Shown here one piece after another: positions 17,121-26,971 of a stretch of DNA of 56,895 nt. A model generated the notes under the pieces. The model was not told the origin of the DNA. It saw only the letters and a list, made by a program, of their open reading frames with translations, and did no database searches. The position numbers and the translations under genes are program-made. Each line of letters starts with the position of its first letter. Within the stretch, counting starts at the first letter, position 1. Source of the stretch: Pseudomonadota bacterium (lineage in GTDB: Bacteria > Pseudomonadota > Gammaproteobacteria > JAJDOJ01); assembly GCA_034722015.1 (NCBI GenBank), contig JAYENI010000207.1:1-56895 (forward strand), written 5' to 3'.

Positions 17121-18800
17121 TTACTCGTCCTTGTCGCCGCCAATCTGTTCCTTGAGAAGGTCTCCGAGCGAGGTCGTTGCATCCCCGCCGCCGCGGCTGT
17201 AGTCCTGCAGGGCCTGTGCCTCATCCGCAACCTCCTTGGCCTTGATGGAGAGGTTGATGACGCGGCGCCTGCCATCGACGCCAACGAACTTGGCCTCGAC
17301 CTCGTCACCCGCCTTCAACACGCTGCGCGCGTCCTCGACACGATCCCGTGAAAGTTCCGAGGCCCGCAGCGACGCTTCGACACCGTCGGGCAGATCCACG
17401 ATCGCGCCCTTCGCGTCCACCTCCCTGATGACACCCGTGACGATGCTGCCCTTCGGATGCTCCGCGACGAAGTTGGAGAAGGGATCCTTGTCGAGCTGCT
17501 TGATGCCAAGGCTGATTCGCTCGCGCTCCGGATCGACGGAGAGCACCACGGCCTCGACCTCGTCACCCTTCTTGTAGTCCCTGACGGCTTCCTCGCCCGA
17601 GGTGCTCCAGGAAATATCCGACAGATGCACCAGGCCGTCTATCCCGCCGTCCAGTCCGACGAATACACCGAAATCCGTGATCGACTTGATACTGCCGCTG
17701 ACCTTGTCGCCCTTGTTGTGCATCGCCGCGAAGTCGTCCCAGGGATTGGACTGGCACTGCTTGACGCCAAGGGATATGCGGCGGCGTTCCTCGTCGATAT
17801 CCAGGATCATCACTTCCACTTCCTGACCGACGTGCACGAGCTTGTTGGGGTTGACGTTCTTGTTGGTCCAGTCCATCTCGGAGACGTGTACCAGTCCTTC
17901 GACACCTTCCTCGATTTCCACGAAACAGCCGTAGTCGGCGATGTTCGTGACCGTGCCGAACAGACGCGCACCTTCGGGATAACGACGCGTGAGATCGACC
18001 CAGGGATCGTCGCCCAGTTGCTTGAGGCCAAGCGACACGCGATTTCGCTCGCGATCGAATTTGAGAACCTTGACCTCGACCTCGTCCCCGATGTTCACCA
18101 CCTCGGAGGGATGCTTGACCCGCTTCCAGGCCATGTCGGTGATGTGCAGCAACCCGTCGATACCACCGAGATCCAGGAATGCGCCGTAATCGGTGAGGTT
18201 CTTGACGACACCCTTGAGCACGAGCCCTTCTTCCAGGCTCTCGAGCAGCGCCTCGCGCTCCGCGCTGTATTCCTTCTCCACCACCGCGCGTCGCGAGACC
18301 ACGACGTTGTTACGGCGCTGATCCAGCTTGATGACCTTGAATTCCAGCTCCTTGCCCTCGAGATACGACGTATCCCGCACCGGTCGCACATCGACCAGCG
18401 AACCCGGGAGAAAGGCGCGGACGTTGCTGATATCGACGGTAAAGCCGCCCTTCACCTTGCCGGAAATCACACCGGCCACGGTGTTGTCGCCCTCGAAGGC
18501 GTCCTCGAGGATGCCCCAGGCCTTGGCGCGAATCGCCTTTTCGCGTGACAGCCGGGTTTCACCGAACCCGTCCTCCACGGCGTCCAGCGAAACCTCAACG
18601 ACGTCACCGACATTGATGTTGATCTCGCCATCGGGACTCCTGAACTGCTCGATGGGGATCACGCCCTCGGACTTCAGACCCGCATGCACGAACACGTTGT
18701 CGTTGCGGATGTCGACGACAGTACCGTTAATGATGGTACCGGGACGCATCTGGATGCTGTTCAGGCTCTCTTCGAAAAGCTCGGCAAAATTCTCACTCAT
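17121..18800 (-). CDS. rpsA: 30S ribosomal protein S1
   Basis: [12 protein letters not shown] start, repeated S1 domains ([23 protein letters not shown] and similar). Confidence 0.98.
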   Translation of the reverse strand: MSENFAELFEESLNSIQMRPGTIINGTVVDIRNDNVFVHAGLKSEGVIPIEQFRSPDGEININVGDVVEVSLDAVEDGFGETRLSREKAIRAKAWGILEDAFEGDNTVAGVISGKVKGGFTVDISNVRAFLPGSLVDVRPVRDTSYLEGKELEFKVIKLDQRRNNVVVSRRAVVEKEYSAEREALLESLEEGLVLKGVVKNLTDYGAFLDLGGIDGLLHITDMAWKRVKHPSEVVNIGDEVEVKVLKFDRERNRVSLGLKQLGDDPWVDLTRRYPEGARLFGTVTNIADYGCFVEIEEGVEGLVHVSEMDWTNKNVNPNKLVHVGQEVEVMILDIDEERRRISLGVKQCQSNPWDDFAAMHNKGDKVSGSIKSITDFGVFVGLDGGIDGLVHLSDISWSTSGEEAVRDYKKGDEVEAVVLSVDPERERISLGIKQLDKDPFSNFVAEHPKGSIVTGVIREVDAKGAIVDLPDGVEASLRASELSRDRVEDARSVLKAGDEVEAKFVGVDGRRRVINLSIKAKEVADEAQALQDYSRGGGDATTSLGDLLKEQIGGDKDE

Positions 18801-18915
18801 GGATAGGGTCAACTCGTACTCAAATTCGGGCTTCGGGTGTCGCGCTACCGACTGACCGTTGAAGTCCGGGGTTGTGGTTCATCGTCACCTCGCCGTCTCC
18901 GCTACCCTTGGCTCA

Positions 18916-19590
18916 TCAGCGATGAGACACGCAGGCCAGCGCCTGCTCAAGGACCTCGGAAATGCTCAAACCGGTCGAATCCAGTATGGTGGCGTCGTCG
19001 GCTGGCCTGAGCGGCGCGACCTCCCGGTTGGCATCCCGTTCGTCGCGCTTGGCGAGCTCGCTCAAAAGGTCGGCAAATCTAGCACTAACTCCTTTTTCTT
19101 TCAACTGCTTATAGCGCCTGCGGGCACGCTCTTCAAGACTGGCGGTAAGAAATATCTTGGTATCGGCTTGCGGAAAGACCACTGTGCCCATGTCCCGCCC
19201 GTCCGCGACCAGGCCCGGAGGCCCCGCAAAGGCCCTCTGACGCTCGAGCAGCGCGGTGCGCACCTGCGAATCGGCGGCGACCCTGGAAGCGGCATTGCCG
19301 CAGGCCTCGGACCGGATTTCCGTCCCGACATCCAACCCGTCAAGCAACGTAACCGGCTCTCCGTCGACCCCGGTACGGAACGCTACCGGCAGCGCCCGGG
19401 CCAGCGCGCAGAGCGCCGGGCTGTCGTCCAGCGCCACCCCGGCGCGTGTCGCGGCAAGGGCCGTCAGCCGGTACAGTGACCCGCTGTCGAGAAATCGGTA
19501 TCCGAGTTTGTCCGCCATCAGGTGGCTGATCGTCCCTTTCCCGGACCCGCCCGGACCGTCGACGGTCACCACAACACCTCGCTTCCCCAT
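18916..19590 (-). CDS. cmk: Cytidylate kinase
   Basis: [33 protein letters not shown] and RDERDANR. Confidence 0.96.
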   Translation of the reverse strand: MGKRGVVVTVDGPGGSGKGTISHLMADKLGYRFLDSGSLYRLTALAATRAGVALDDSPALCALARALPVAFRTGVDGEPVTLLDGLDVGTEIRSEACGNAASRVAADSQVRTALLERQRAFAGPPGLVADGRDMGTVVFPQADTKIFLTASLEERARRRYKQLKEKGVSARFADLLSELAKRDERDANREVAPLRPADDATILDSTGLSISEVLEQALACVSHR

Positions 19591-19635
19591 GGTCAATCCT
19601 CCCGGCCGGCGACGCGGAACGACACTGTGACCGGA

Positions 19636-20985
19636 TCAAACCGCACCCTGCACCTCGCGAATCCCCAGTCCCGATGACGAAGCCAGCGCGGCGAAGCACG
19701 GAAACGAGGTGTTGACGTTCCGGCAGTCCCGAATGGTAACGGGACCGGAGGCCCGCAACGCCGCCATGGCGAATGCCATCGCGATACGGTGATCTCCGCG
19801 ACTGTCCACGCGACCACCGGCTGGCCTGCCACCCCGGATCTCGATCCCGTCAGGGGTCGGCACGGCAACGATTCCCAGCGCGCCGAGTCCGTCGGCCATC
19901 ACCTGAATCCGGTCGGTCTCCTTGACGCGGAGTTCTTGCGCCCCGGTGACCCGCGTTGGGCCCTCGGCACATGCCGCCGCAATGAACAGCGCCGGAAATT
20001 CGTCAATCGCCAGGGGGACCAGGTCTGGCGGCACATCGATCCCGCGCAACGGGGCCGACCTCACCCTCAGGTCGGCAACCGGTTCCCCGCTGACGGTGCG
20101 CGGATCAAGGATCTGGATATCGGCGCCCATGGCGCGCAGGACATCGATGACACCGGTCCGGGTCGGATTGACACCCACGTGGCGCAGCGTGAGATCGGAT
20201 CCCTCCGCGATGCTGGCCCCCACGAGAAAAAAGGCCGCCGACGAGATGTCCGCCGGCACGTCGACCCTGGTCGCGGAAAACGCACCGCCACCTTCGATAC
20301 AGACCCGTCCCCTGCTCCGTTCGACCGGGTAGCCGAAGGCCTCCATCATGCGTTCGGTGTGGTCCCGCGTTGAGGCGGGTTCCATCACACAGGTTCGCCC
20401 GCGCGCATACACACCGGCGAGCAGAACGCACGATTTCACCTGGGCGCTGGCCACGGGCATTGCATACTCGATGCCGCGAAGTCCCGCGGATCCCGACAGG
20501 GACAGGGGTGGGGTGCCACCGGTTGCGGTCTCGACTCGCGCACCCATTTCCTGCAAGGGGTCGGTTACCCGCCGCATTGGCCGCACGGACAGGGAGGCGT
20601 CACCGGTCAGTCGCGAATCGAAGGACTGCCCGGCCAGCAGTCCGGCCAGCAGACGCATGGCAGTACCCGAATTCCCCATATCCAGGGGGCCGCCCGGGGC
20701 GTGCAGACCGTCCCGGCCGACACCGTGGATGATCACCTCACCCCCGTCGGGCCCGTCGATGCGCACGCCCATGGCGCGAAAGGCGTTCATCGTGGCCAGG
20801 CAGTCTTCTCCCTCGAGAAAACCGGTGACGTGGGTGATGCCTTCGGCGATGGCACCGAACATGATGGCTCGATGAGAGATCGATTTGTCTCCGGGCACGC
20901 GACGCTCTCCGCGCAGGGCGCCGCCCGGATCTACCTGGAATTGCAGATCGCTTCCAGTCACTGGTGCGCTACCCATTGCCTGCAC
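19636..20985 (-). CDS. aroA: 3-phosphoshikimate 1-carboxyvinyltransferase
   Basis: PGDKSISHR, GNSGTAMR, ASAQVKS, RDHTERM, ELRVKETDR and GDHRIAM; start may be the ATG at 20976. Confidence 0.97.
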   Translation of the reverse strand: MQAMGSAPVTGSDLQFQVDPGGALRGERRVPGDKSISHRAIMFGAIAEGITHVTGFLEGEDCLATMNAFRAMGVRIDGPDGGEVIIHGVGRDGLHAPGGPLDMGNSGTAMRLLAGLLAGQSFDSRLTGDASLSVRPMRRVTDPLQEMGARVETATGGTPPLSLSGSAGLRGIEYAMPVASAQVKSCVLLAGVYARGRTCVMEPASTRDHTERMMEAFGYPVERSRGRVCIEGGGAFSATRVDVPADISSAAFFLVGASIAEGSDLTLRHVGVNPTRTGVIDVLRAMGADIQILDPRTVSGEPVADLRVRSAPLRGIDVPPDLVPLAIDEFPALFIAAACAEGPTRVTGAQELRVKETDRIQVMADGLGALGIVAVPTPDGIEIRGGRPAGGRVDSRGDHRIAMAFAMAALRASGPVTIRDCRNVNTSFPCFAALASSSGLGIREVQGAV

Positions 20986-20988
20986 GCT

Positions 20989-21050
20989 GCGCCTCTCTGC
21001 GAAACACCAGGGGAACGCTGAATCCGTAATTTTCAGTTGGATTGAGCACT
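20989..21050. repeat. 62-bp repeat between tyrA and aroA, shared with the serA upstream region
   Basis: 56/62 identity with 25459-25520 by manual alignment. Confidence 0.85.
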
Positions 21051-21054
21051 CGCG

Positions 21055-21915
21055 TTACCCGATGCGAAAATTGTCGCGAGCCGTCTTGGCTCGCGTAAGG
21101 ATATCCATCAGCGCCTCCCCGTCACCCGCCTCGATGGCTGCATCGACCCGATCCAGCTCGTCGCGGAAATAACCGATCATCCGGGTCAGGGCCTTTCGAT
21201 TGCCGAGACAGATATCGCGCCACATGACCGGGTCACTGGAGGCGATACGGGTGAAATCCCGAAACCCGCCCGCCGCATAGCGAAACACATCTTCGTGGTC
21301 GCCCAGACGCGCGAGCCCGTCGACCAGTGTGAACGCCAGTACGTGCGGCAGATGACTCGTCGCCGCGAGGACTTCATCGTGGTGTGCTACCGTGGTTTCT
21401 TCCACGATCGCGCCGGTGCGTTCCCACATGTCCCGCACCTCACCCAGCGCCCGCACGGAGGTGTTTTCCAGGGGAGTCAGGATCACGCGATGGCGATAGT
21501 AAAGATCGGCGAACGCGGCGTCCACGCTGCTCTTTTCCGTTCCCGCGATGGGATGGCCCGGCACGAAATTCTCCGGCACCCCGCCCAGCGCCCGATCCAC
21601 GGCCTCGACAACCCACGCCTTGGCGCTACCCACGTCGGTCAGGATGGATTGGGGAGACAGGGACCCGCGCAGGCCCCGGCAAACGGTCTCCATCGCCCCC
21701 AGCGGTACGGCCAGCACCACCATGTCGGCGCCGGCCACCGCCTTGGCGATGTCGAGTTCGTAGCGGTCGATGACCCCGAGTTCCACCGCTCGCGCGAGAT
21801 TGGTCTCGCTGCGGCTCGTGCCGACGATCTCCCCGACGTGGCGCTCGCGCCGCAGGGCCAGCGCGAGCGAGCCGCCCATGAGTCCGACGCCGACGATGCA
21901 CAGGCGTCCGATCAT
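21055..21915 (-). CDS. tyrA: Prephenate/arogenate dehydrogenase
   Basis: IVGVGLMGGS Rossmann motif, TDVGSAK, FVPGHPIAGTE, HDEVLAATSHLPH and AAGGFRDFTRIA. Confidence 0.93.
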   Translation of the reverse strand: MIGRLCIVGVGLMGGSLALALRRERHVGEIVGTSRSETNLARAVELGVIDRYELDIAKAVAGADMVVLAVPLGAMETVCRGLRGSLSPQSILTDVGSAKAWVVEAVDRALGGVPENFVPGHPIAGTEKSSVDAAFADLYYRHRVILTPLENTSVRALGEVRDMWERTGAIVEETTVAHHDEVLAATSHLPHVLAFTLVDGLARLGDHEDVFRYAAGGFRDFTRIASSDPVMWRDICLGNRKALTRMIGYFRDELDRVDAAIEAGDGEALMDILTRAKTARDNFRIG

Positions 21916-23063
21916 GGTTGCAGCGCCTTGTCCAGCGCGGCCAGCATTCTCAGGTTCTGCGCCCGTGTCCCCACGGTGATGCGCAGATGGTCGGGAAATC
22001 CGTAGTTCGCCACGGGGCGGACGATGACACCCTCGCGCAGCATGGTGTCGTACACCGGCAGGGCCTCGCGGCCGACGTCGACGCATATAAAGTTCGCCAC
22101 CGAGGGAATGAGGTCCAGTCCACGTTCGCCGAATGCGCTCGCGAGCATCGCCAGGCCATCGTCGTTGACCCCCCGGCTCTTCTCCAGATGCGCGCCGTCC
22201 CCCAGCGCGGCCCGGGCGGCGTCCTGCGCCAGCAGATTGACGTTGAACGGTTGACGCACCCGGTTCAGCAGTTCCGCCACACCAGGATGCGACAGGCCGT
22301 ATCCGACCCGCAGGCCCGCGAGACCGAAAATCTTTGAAAAGGTACGCGTCACGACCAGTCTTGGAAAGCGCTCCAGCCAGGTCGAGGTGTCCGGGTAGTC
22401 CGGCTCGCTCACATACTCCGCGTAGGCCTCGTCCACCACGCAGATAACGTGCGAGGGAAGCGACCCGACAAAATCCTGCAACGTATCCGAGGTGAGCCAG
22501 GTCCCCGTTGGATTGTTGGGGTTCGCGACAAAGACAAGACGCGTGTCGCGATCGACCCGGCGATAGAGATTTTCGAGGTGGTGCCCATACGGCATTGCCG
22601 CGTCCGGCGAATGCGGGGCCGCGACACGCGAGGCCGCGCCGGTGGCGGTCGTCACGATGGGGTAGACCGCGAAGGCGTGCGCCGAATACACCGCCGCCTT
22701 GCCCGGCGAGAGAAAGGTCCGTGCCAGCAGTTCCAGGATGTCATTGGACCCGTTGCCGATCGTCACGCAGTCCATCGACAGGCCATGTCGCCGCGCGATG
22801 GCCTCCTTGAGCGCGAAGCCGTTGCCGTCCGGGTAAAACGAGACCGCATCCAGTCGATCGCGCATCGCGGCCACCGCCAGCGGGCTCGGTCCCAGCGGGT
22901 TCTCGTTGGACGCAAGCTTGACCGAGTCCCGGATACCCAGTTCCTTTTCCAGGGTCTCCACCGGCTTGCCGGGTTCGTAGGGTCTCAGGCGCCGGACACC
23001 CTCGACCGCAAGGTGGGCGACCGCCGCGGGTCCAAAATCTTTCAAAGATGTAGATGCTGTCAT
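21912..23063 (-). CDS. hisC: Histidinol-phosphate aminotransferase
   Basis: YEPGKP, KLASNENPLG, GNGSND, NPNNPTG, DEAY and RTFSKIFGLAGLRVGY. Confidence 0.95.
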   Translation of the reverse strand: MTASTSLKDFGPAAVAHLAVEGVRRLRPYEPGKPVETLEKELGIRDSVKLASNENPLGPSPLAVAAMRDRLDAVSFYPDGNGFALKEAIARRHGLSMDCVTIGNGSNDILELLARTFLSPGKAAVYSAHAFAVYPIVTTATGAASRVAAPHSPDAAMPYGHHLENLYRRVDRDTRLVFVANPNNPTGTWLTSDTLQDFVGSLPSHVICVVDEAYAEYVSEPDYPDTSTWLERFPRLVVTRTFSKIFGLAGLRVGYGLSHPGVAELLNRVRQPFNVNLLAQDAARAALGDGAHLEKSRGVNDDGLAMLASAFGERGLDLIPSVANFICVDVGREALPVYDTMLREGVIVRPVANYGFPDHLRITVGTRAQNLRMLAALDKALQP

Positions 23064-23134
23064 GAACGTGATCGTGCCGCAGCCTGCCAGGGCGTGAATG
23101 TCTGCTGATTTGCCGTTGCGTGAACGCCTTGTGC

Positions 23135-24220
23135 CTACAACACCGCGCGGGGGTAGGAACCCAGAATGGTGAACAGGTCGGCCTCTTTCTTCAGTTCCTC
23201 CAGCGCCGCCCCGACCTTGGTTTCCTCGGCGTGACCCTCCATGTCGAGGAAGAACACATACTCCCAGTTCACGTAATGTGAAGGGCGGGACTCGATCCTC
23301 GTCATGCTGACACCATGACGCGACAGCGGCTCGAGCAGGCCGTGCAGCGAACCGGGCTTGTTGCGCGCCGACACCAGCACGCTGGTCTTGTCGTTGCCGC
23401 TGGGGGCGACCGTCGGACGGCCGATGATCAGGAATCGCGTGGTGTTGTTGGGGTGGTCCTCGATATTGCTCCGCAGGACCTTCAGGTTGTATTTTTCCGC
23501 GGCGGCGTCCCCGGCGATCGCGGCGAATTCGGGTTCGCCCGCGACGCGACGCGCCGCCTCCGCGTTGCTGCTGATCGAAACCCGTTCGGCTTGCGGCAGG
23601 TTCGCGTCCAGCCACTCCCGGCACTGCGCCAGGGACATCTGGTGAGAGTAGATGCGACGGATCGAACCCATGTCGTGGCTCGCGCACATCAGGTGATGAT
23701 GAATACGCAGTTCCACCTCGCCGCTGATCTTCAGCGATGATTGCAGAAACATGTCCAGGGTGTGATTGACCACGCCCTCGGTGGAGTTCTCGATGGGTAC
23801 AACCCCGTACTGGGTGGCGCCAGACTCCACCTCGCGAAACACCTCGTCGATGGAATTCAGCGGCGTCGTTTTCACCGAATGCCCGAAATGCTTCAGCGCG
23901 GCCTCCTGGGTGAACGTGCCCTCGGGCCCCAGAAAGGCGATGTCCAGCGGTTCCTCCAGCGCCAGACAGGCGGACATGATCTCGCGGAACAACCTGGCCA
24001 TCTCCTCGTCGTTCAGTGGGCCGACATTGCTTTCCAGAATGCCCCTCAACACGCGTGCCTCACGCTCGGGGCGGTAGAAGATCGCGTTGGGGTCACCATC
24101 GCGTTTCACCCGTGCGATCTGCTGTGCGACCCGGGCACGATCGCTGATGAGCTCCAGGATACGCGTATCCAGGTCATCGATCTTCTCCCTCAGGTCGCCC
24201 AGTGATGCGTCGTACGGCAT
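23135..24220 (-). CDS. pheA: Chorismate mutase/prephenate dehydratase (P-protein)
   Basis: LREKIDDLD...RPERE, FLGPEGTFT, VPIENSTEG, NTTRF and ACT domain MTRIESRP. Confidence 0.96.
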   Translation of the reverse strand: MPYDASLGDLREKIDDLDTRILELISDRARVAQQIARVKRDGDPNAIFYRPEREARVLRGILESNVGPLNDEEMARLFREIMSACLALEEPLDIAFLGPEGTFTQEAALKHFGHSVKTTPLNSIDEVFREVESGATQYGVVPIENSTEGVVNHTLDMFLQSSLKISGEVELRIHHHLMCASHDMGSIRRIYSHQMSLAQCREWLDANLPQAERVSISSNAEAARRVAGEPEFAAIAGDAAAEKYNLKVLRSNIEDHPNNTTRFLIIGRPTVAPSGNDKTSVLVSARNKPGSLHGLLEPLSRHGVSMTRIESRPSHYVNWEYVFFLDMEGHAEETKVGAALEELKKEADLFTILGSYPRAVL

Positions 24221-24230
24221 GGTCGCGACT

Positions 24231-25397
24231 CTAGATCACACGCACCTTGAGCACGCCTTCGATGGTCGAGATCCTGTCGACGATCTCGCTCGCGACCACG
24301 GTCTCGGTATCGAGAAGGGTGTAGGCCACACTGCCGTTGGACTCGTTGACCATATGCACGATGTTCACCCCCGCCTTGCCGAGATCACTCGACATCTTGG
24401 CCACCATGTCCGGGACGTTCGAATTCACGATCGCCAGACGCGCCGCGCCCTTTCGCGGCAGATTCAGGCGTGGCAGGTTCACCGAGTTCCTGACATTGCC
24501 GTTTTCCAGATATTCCCTGACCTCGTCAGCCACCATCACGGCACAGTTTTCTTCCGCCTCCCGGGTCGACGCGCCGAGATGCGGCAGTGCAATGACGCGG
24601 GGATGGCACCGGATCTCGTCGGCAGGAAAGTCGCTGACGTACGCATAGACCTTGCCCTGGTCCAGCGCCTCGAGCACCGCACTGTCATCCACGATACCGT
24701 CGCGGGCGAAATTCATGATGACCACGCCGTCACGCATCAGCCTGATACGCTCCGCATTGATCATGGCGCGCGTGCTGTCGACGAGGGGCACGTGAAACGT
24801 AAGGAAATCCACCTTGCCCATCAGGTCGTCGATACTCGTCGCCTGCTCCACGTCGGCCGACAACTGCCAGGCCCGCGCCACCGTGATCGTGGGGTCGTAC
24901 CCGATCACCCGCATACCCAGCGACCTGGCCGCGTTCGCCACCTTGACACCGATGGCTCCCAGGCCAACGACGCCCAGCGTCCGGCCCGGAAGTTCGAAAC
25001 CGACGTATTGCTTCTTGCCCGCCTCGACCTGGGCCGACAGCCCGCCGTCGCCCGCATCGAGTGTCGCGGTGTAATGCCACGCCTGACAGATGTTTCGGCA
25101 GGCCAGCAACATACCGGCGATCACGAGCTCCTTCACGGCGTTCGCATTGGCCCCCGGGGCGTTGAACACCGGTACGCCCATCCGGCTGAGTTTCTCCACG
25201 GGAATATTGTTGACCCCCGCCCCGGCCCGGCCGACGGCCTTCAGGGACACCGGAAACTCCATCTCGTGCATGTTGAACGAACGCAGAAGGATGGCGTCGG
25301 GGTGGGTGATTTCGGAAGCCACCTCGTACCGGTCCCTGGGCAGGCGATCCAGACCCTTGACGGAAATATTGTTGAGGGTGAGTACCTTGAACGTCAT
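24231..25397 (-). CDS. serA: D-3-phosphoglycerate dehydrogenase with C-terminal ACT domain
   Basis: GRAGAGVNNI, PGANANAVKE, GVVGLGAIG, MNFAR and PHLGAST. Confidence 0.93.
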   Translation of the reverse strand: MTFKVLTLNNISVKGLDRLPRDRYEVASEITHPDAILLRSFNMHEMEFPVSLKAVGRAGAGVNNIPVEKLSRMGVPVFNAPGANANAVKELVIAGMLLACRNICQAWHYTATLDAGDGGLSAQVEAGKKQYVGFELPGRTLGVVGLGAIGVKVANAARSLGMRVIGYDPTITVARAWQLSADVEQATSIDDLMGKVDFLTFHVPLVDSTRAMINAERIRLMRDGVVIMNFARDGIVDDSAVLEALDQGKVYAYVSDFPADEIRCHPRVIALPHLGASTREAEENCAVMVADEVREYLENGNVRNSVNLPRLNLPRKGAARLAIVNSNVPDMVAKMSSDLGKAGVNIVHMVNESNGSVAYTLLDTETVVASEIVDRISTIEGVLKVRVI

Positions 25398-25402
25398 GCG
25401 TA

Positions 25403-25520
25403 TGCTCGATCCATCTGATGTGCGAGTTCAGCCAGCCTGTCAGCGCCCATGACAAGGCGCGCCTCGCTGCGAAACACCAGGTGAACGCTGAATCCGTAAT
25501 TGTCGGATGGATCGAGCACT
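25403..25520. repeat. About 118-bp element upstream of serA, with 13-bp inverted repeats, containing the 62-bp repeat
   Basis: TGCTCGATCCATC at 25403-25415 and GATGGATCGAGCA at 25506-25518; 25459-25520 matches 20989-21050. Confidence 0.7.
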
Positions 25521-25700
25521 GTGTCTGGCGTCTCTCGAGTGTAAGTGGATCCCGTCGCCACGGGGTCGCGACGACCCCGATCCGGCGAGTTAGGGGAGGA
25601 CGAAGTTTACACGAAGTGAACCCGCAATTTGAGCGGATACGCCATGCGCCGACCGGCTTGCCGGGCTTGCGGGACCTGCCCCCCGGTGGCAATCCATGTG

Positions 25701-26783
25701 TCAGCCGCGCGTGCGCTCGAACTCGACCATGAAATCGATCAGCGCTTCGACGCCCGCCTGCGGCATGGCGTTGTAGATACTGGCGCGCATCCCCCCCACG
25801 GACCGGTGGCCCTTCAGGGTCAACAACCCTTCGAGCGCCGAGTACTTGAGGAAATCCGCATCCAGTGCGGAATCGGCCAGGGTAAAGGGTATGTTCATCC
25901 ACGATCGGCATTCCGGATCCACCGGGTTGGCGTAAAACGCCGAGCCGTCGATTGCCGTATAGAGCTTCTCCGCCTTGCGCCGGTTCCTGTCTCCCATGAC
26001 CCGGATGCCCCCGAGATCGAGGACCCACTGAAACACGAGCCCCGCCAGATACCAGGCATAGGTCGGGGGTGTGTTGTACATCGATCCCGCCTCGTCGTGC
26101 ACCTTGTAGGTGAACATGGCCGGCGTACCGGGCCGCGCCTCCCCGATCAGGTCCTCGCGCACGATCACGACGGTCAAACCCGCCGGTCCGATGTTCTTCT
26201 GTGCACCGGCGTAGATCACCCCGTATCGGGAGACGTCCAGAGGACGGGACAGGATCGTGGACGACATGTCGGCGACCAGCGGTACCTCCCCGGTGTCCGG
26301 GATATAGGGAAACTCCACGCCACCGATGGTCTCGTTGGGCGTGTAATGTACGTATGCCGCATCGCCCGAAAGGTCGAGGGCCTGCTGCGCCGGCGCGGTC
26401 GTGAATCCGCTTCCCTCGGCGGTGGCGACGACCCGGACATCGCAGAACCTGCGCGCCTCGCCGATGGCCTTTTTCGACCACTGGCCGGTGTTGACATAGT
26501 CGGCCGAGGCCTTGTCTCCCAGCAGGTTCAACGGGACCATCGCAAACTGACTGCTGGCGCCCCCCTGCAAAAACAGGACGCGGTAATTGTCGGGAATCGA
26601 AAGCACCTTGCGCAGGTTCGTTTCGGCCTGGGTCGCGATCGACATGAATTCCCTGCCGCGATGGCTCATCTCCATCACCGACATGCCGCTGCCGTCCCAG
26701 TCCCGCAGCTCGGCCGCTGCGCGCTCCAGGACCGCTTCCGGCAACATGGCCGGTCCCGCGCTAAAATTGAAAGCTCTCGTCAT
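25701..26783 (-). CDS. serC: Phosphoserine aminotransferase
   Basis: FNFSAGPAMLP, MEMSHR, FLQGGAS, YAGAQKNIGPAG and GHRSVGGMRASIYNA. Confidence 0.97.
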   Translation of the reverse strand: MTRAFNFSAGPAMLPEAVLERAAAELRDWDGSGMSVMEMSHRGREFMSIATQAETNLRKVLSIPDNYRVLFLQGGASSQFAMVPLNLLGDKASADYVNTGQWSKKAIGEARRFCDVRVVATAEGSGFTTAPAQQALDLSGDAAYVHYTPNETIGGVEFPYIPDTGEVPLVADMSSTILSRPLDVSRYGVIYAGAQKNIGPAGLTVVIVREDLIGEARPGTPAMFTYKVHDEAGSMYNTPPTYAWYLAGLVFQWVLDLGGIRVMGDRNRRKAEKLYTAIDGSAFYANPVDPECRSWMNIPFTLADSALDADFLKYSALEGLLTLKGHRSVGGMRASIYNAMPQAGVEALIDFMVEFERTRG

Positions 26784-26901
26784 TGCCCGTTCTCCGGATC
26801 CACGCCTGGCTCAGACCCGACAGGCCCCCGTCAGACTCTAACCCATACATTTGAGTGTAAATGTTCTCCCAGGATTCCCATGGAAACGCATCTCGCCGTG
26901 C

Positions 26902-26931
26902 GTCGGGTTACGCTGCGCTAACCCGACCTAC
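26902..26931 (-). repeat. REP palindrome with GTAG head
   Basis: Minus strand GTAG-GTCGGGTTA-GCGCAGCG-TAACCCGAC, intergenic between gyrA and serC. Confidence 0.8.
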
Positions 26932-26971
26932 GAAGCGAATATTCCCTCCTGCCCGGCGATCCCGTTCAGAC

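Noticed and set aside
24087-25418. 443-aa plus-strand ORF
   Set aside because: Antisense shadow of serA
25521-25700. Riboswitch between serC and serA
   Set aside because: GC-rich hairpins are present, but I could not match glycine, SAM or other known aptamer consensus; cmscan would be needed
21912-26481. Long N-terminal extensions or alternative-frame ORFs (591-aa hisC, 343-aa tyrA, 583-aa ORF 24730-26481)
   Set aside because: Extensions overlap upstream genes and lack homology signals; shorter starts fit known proteins
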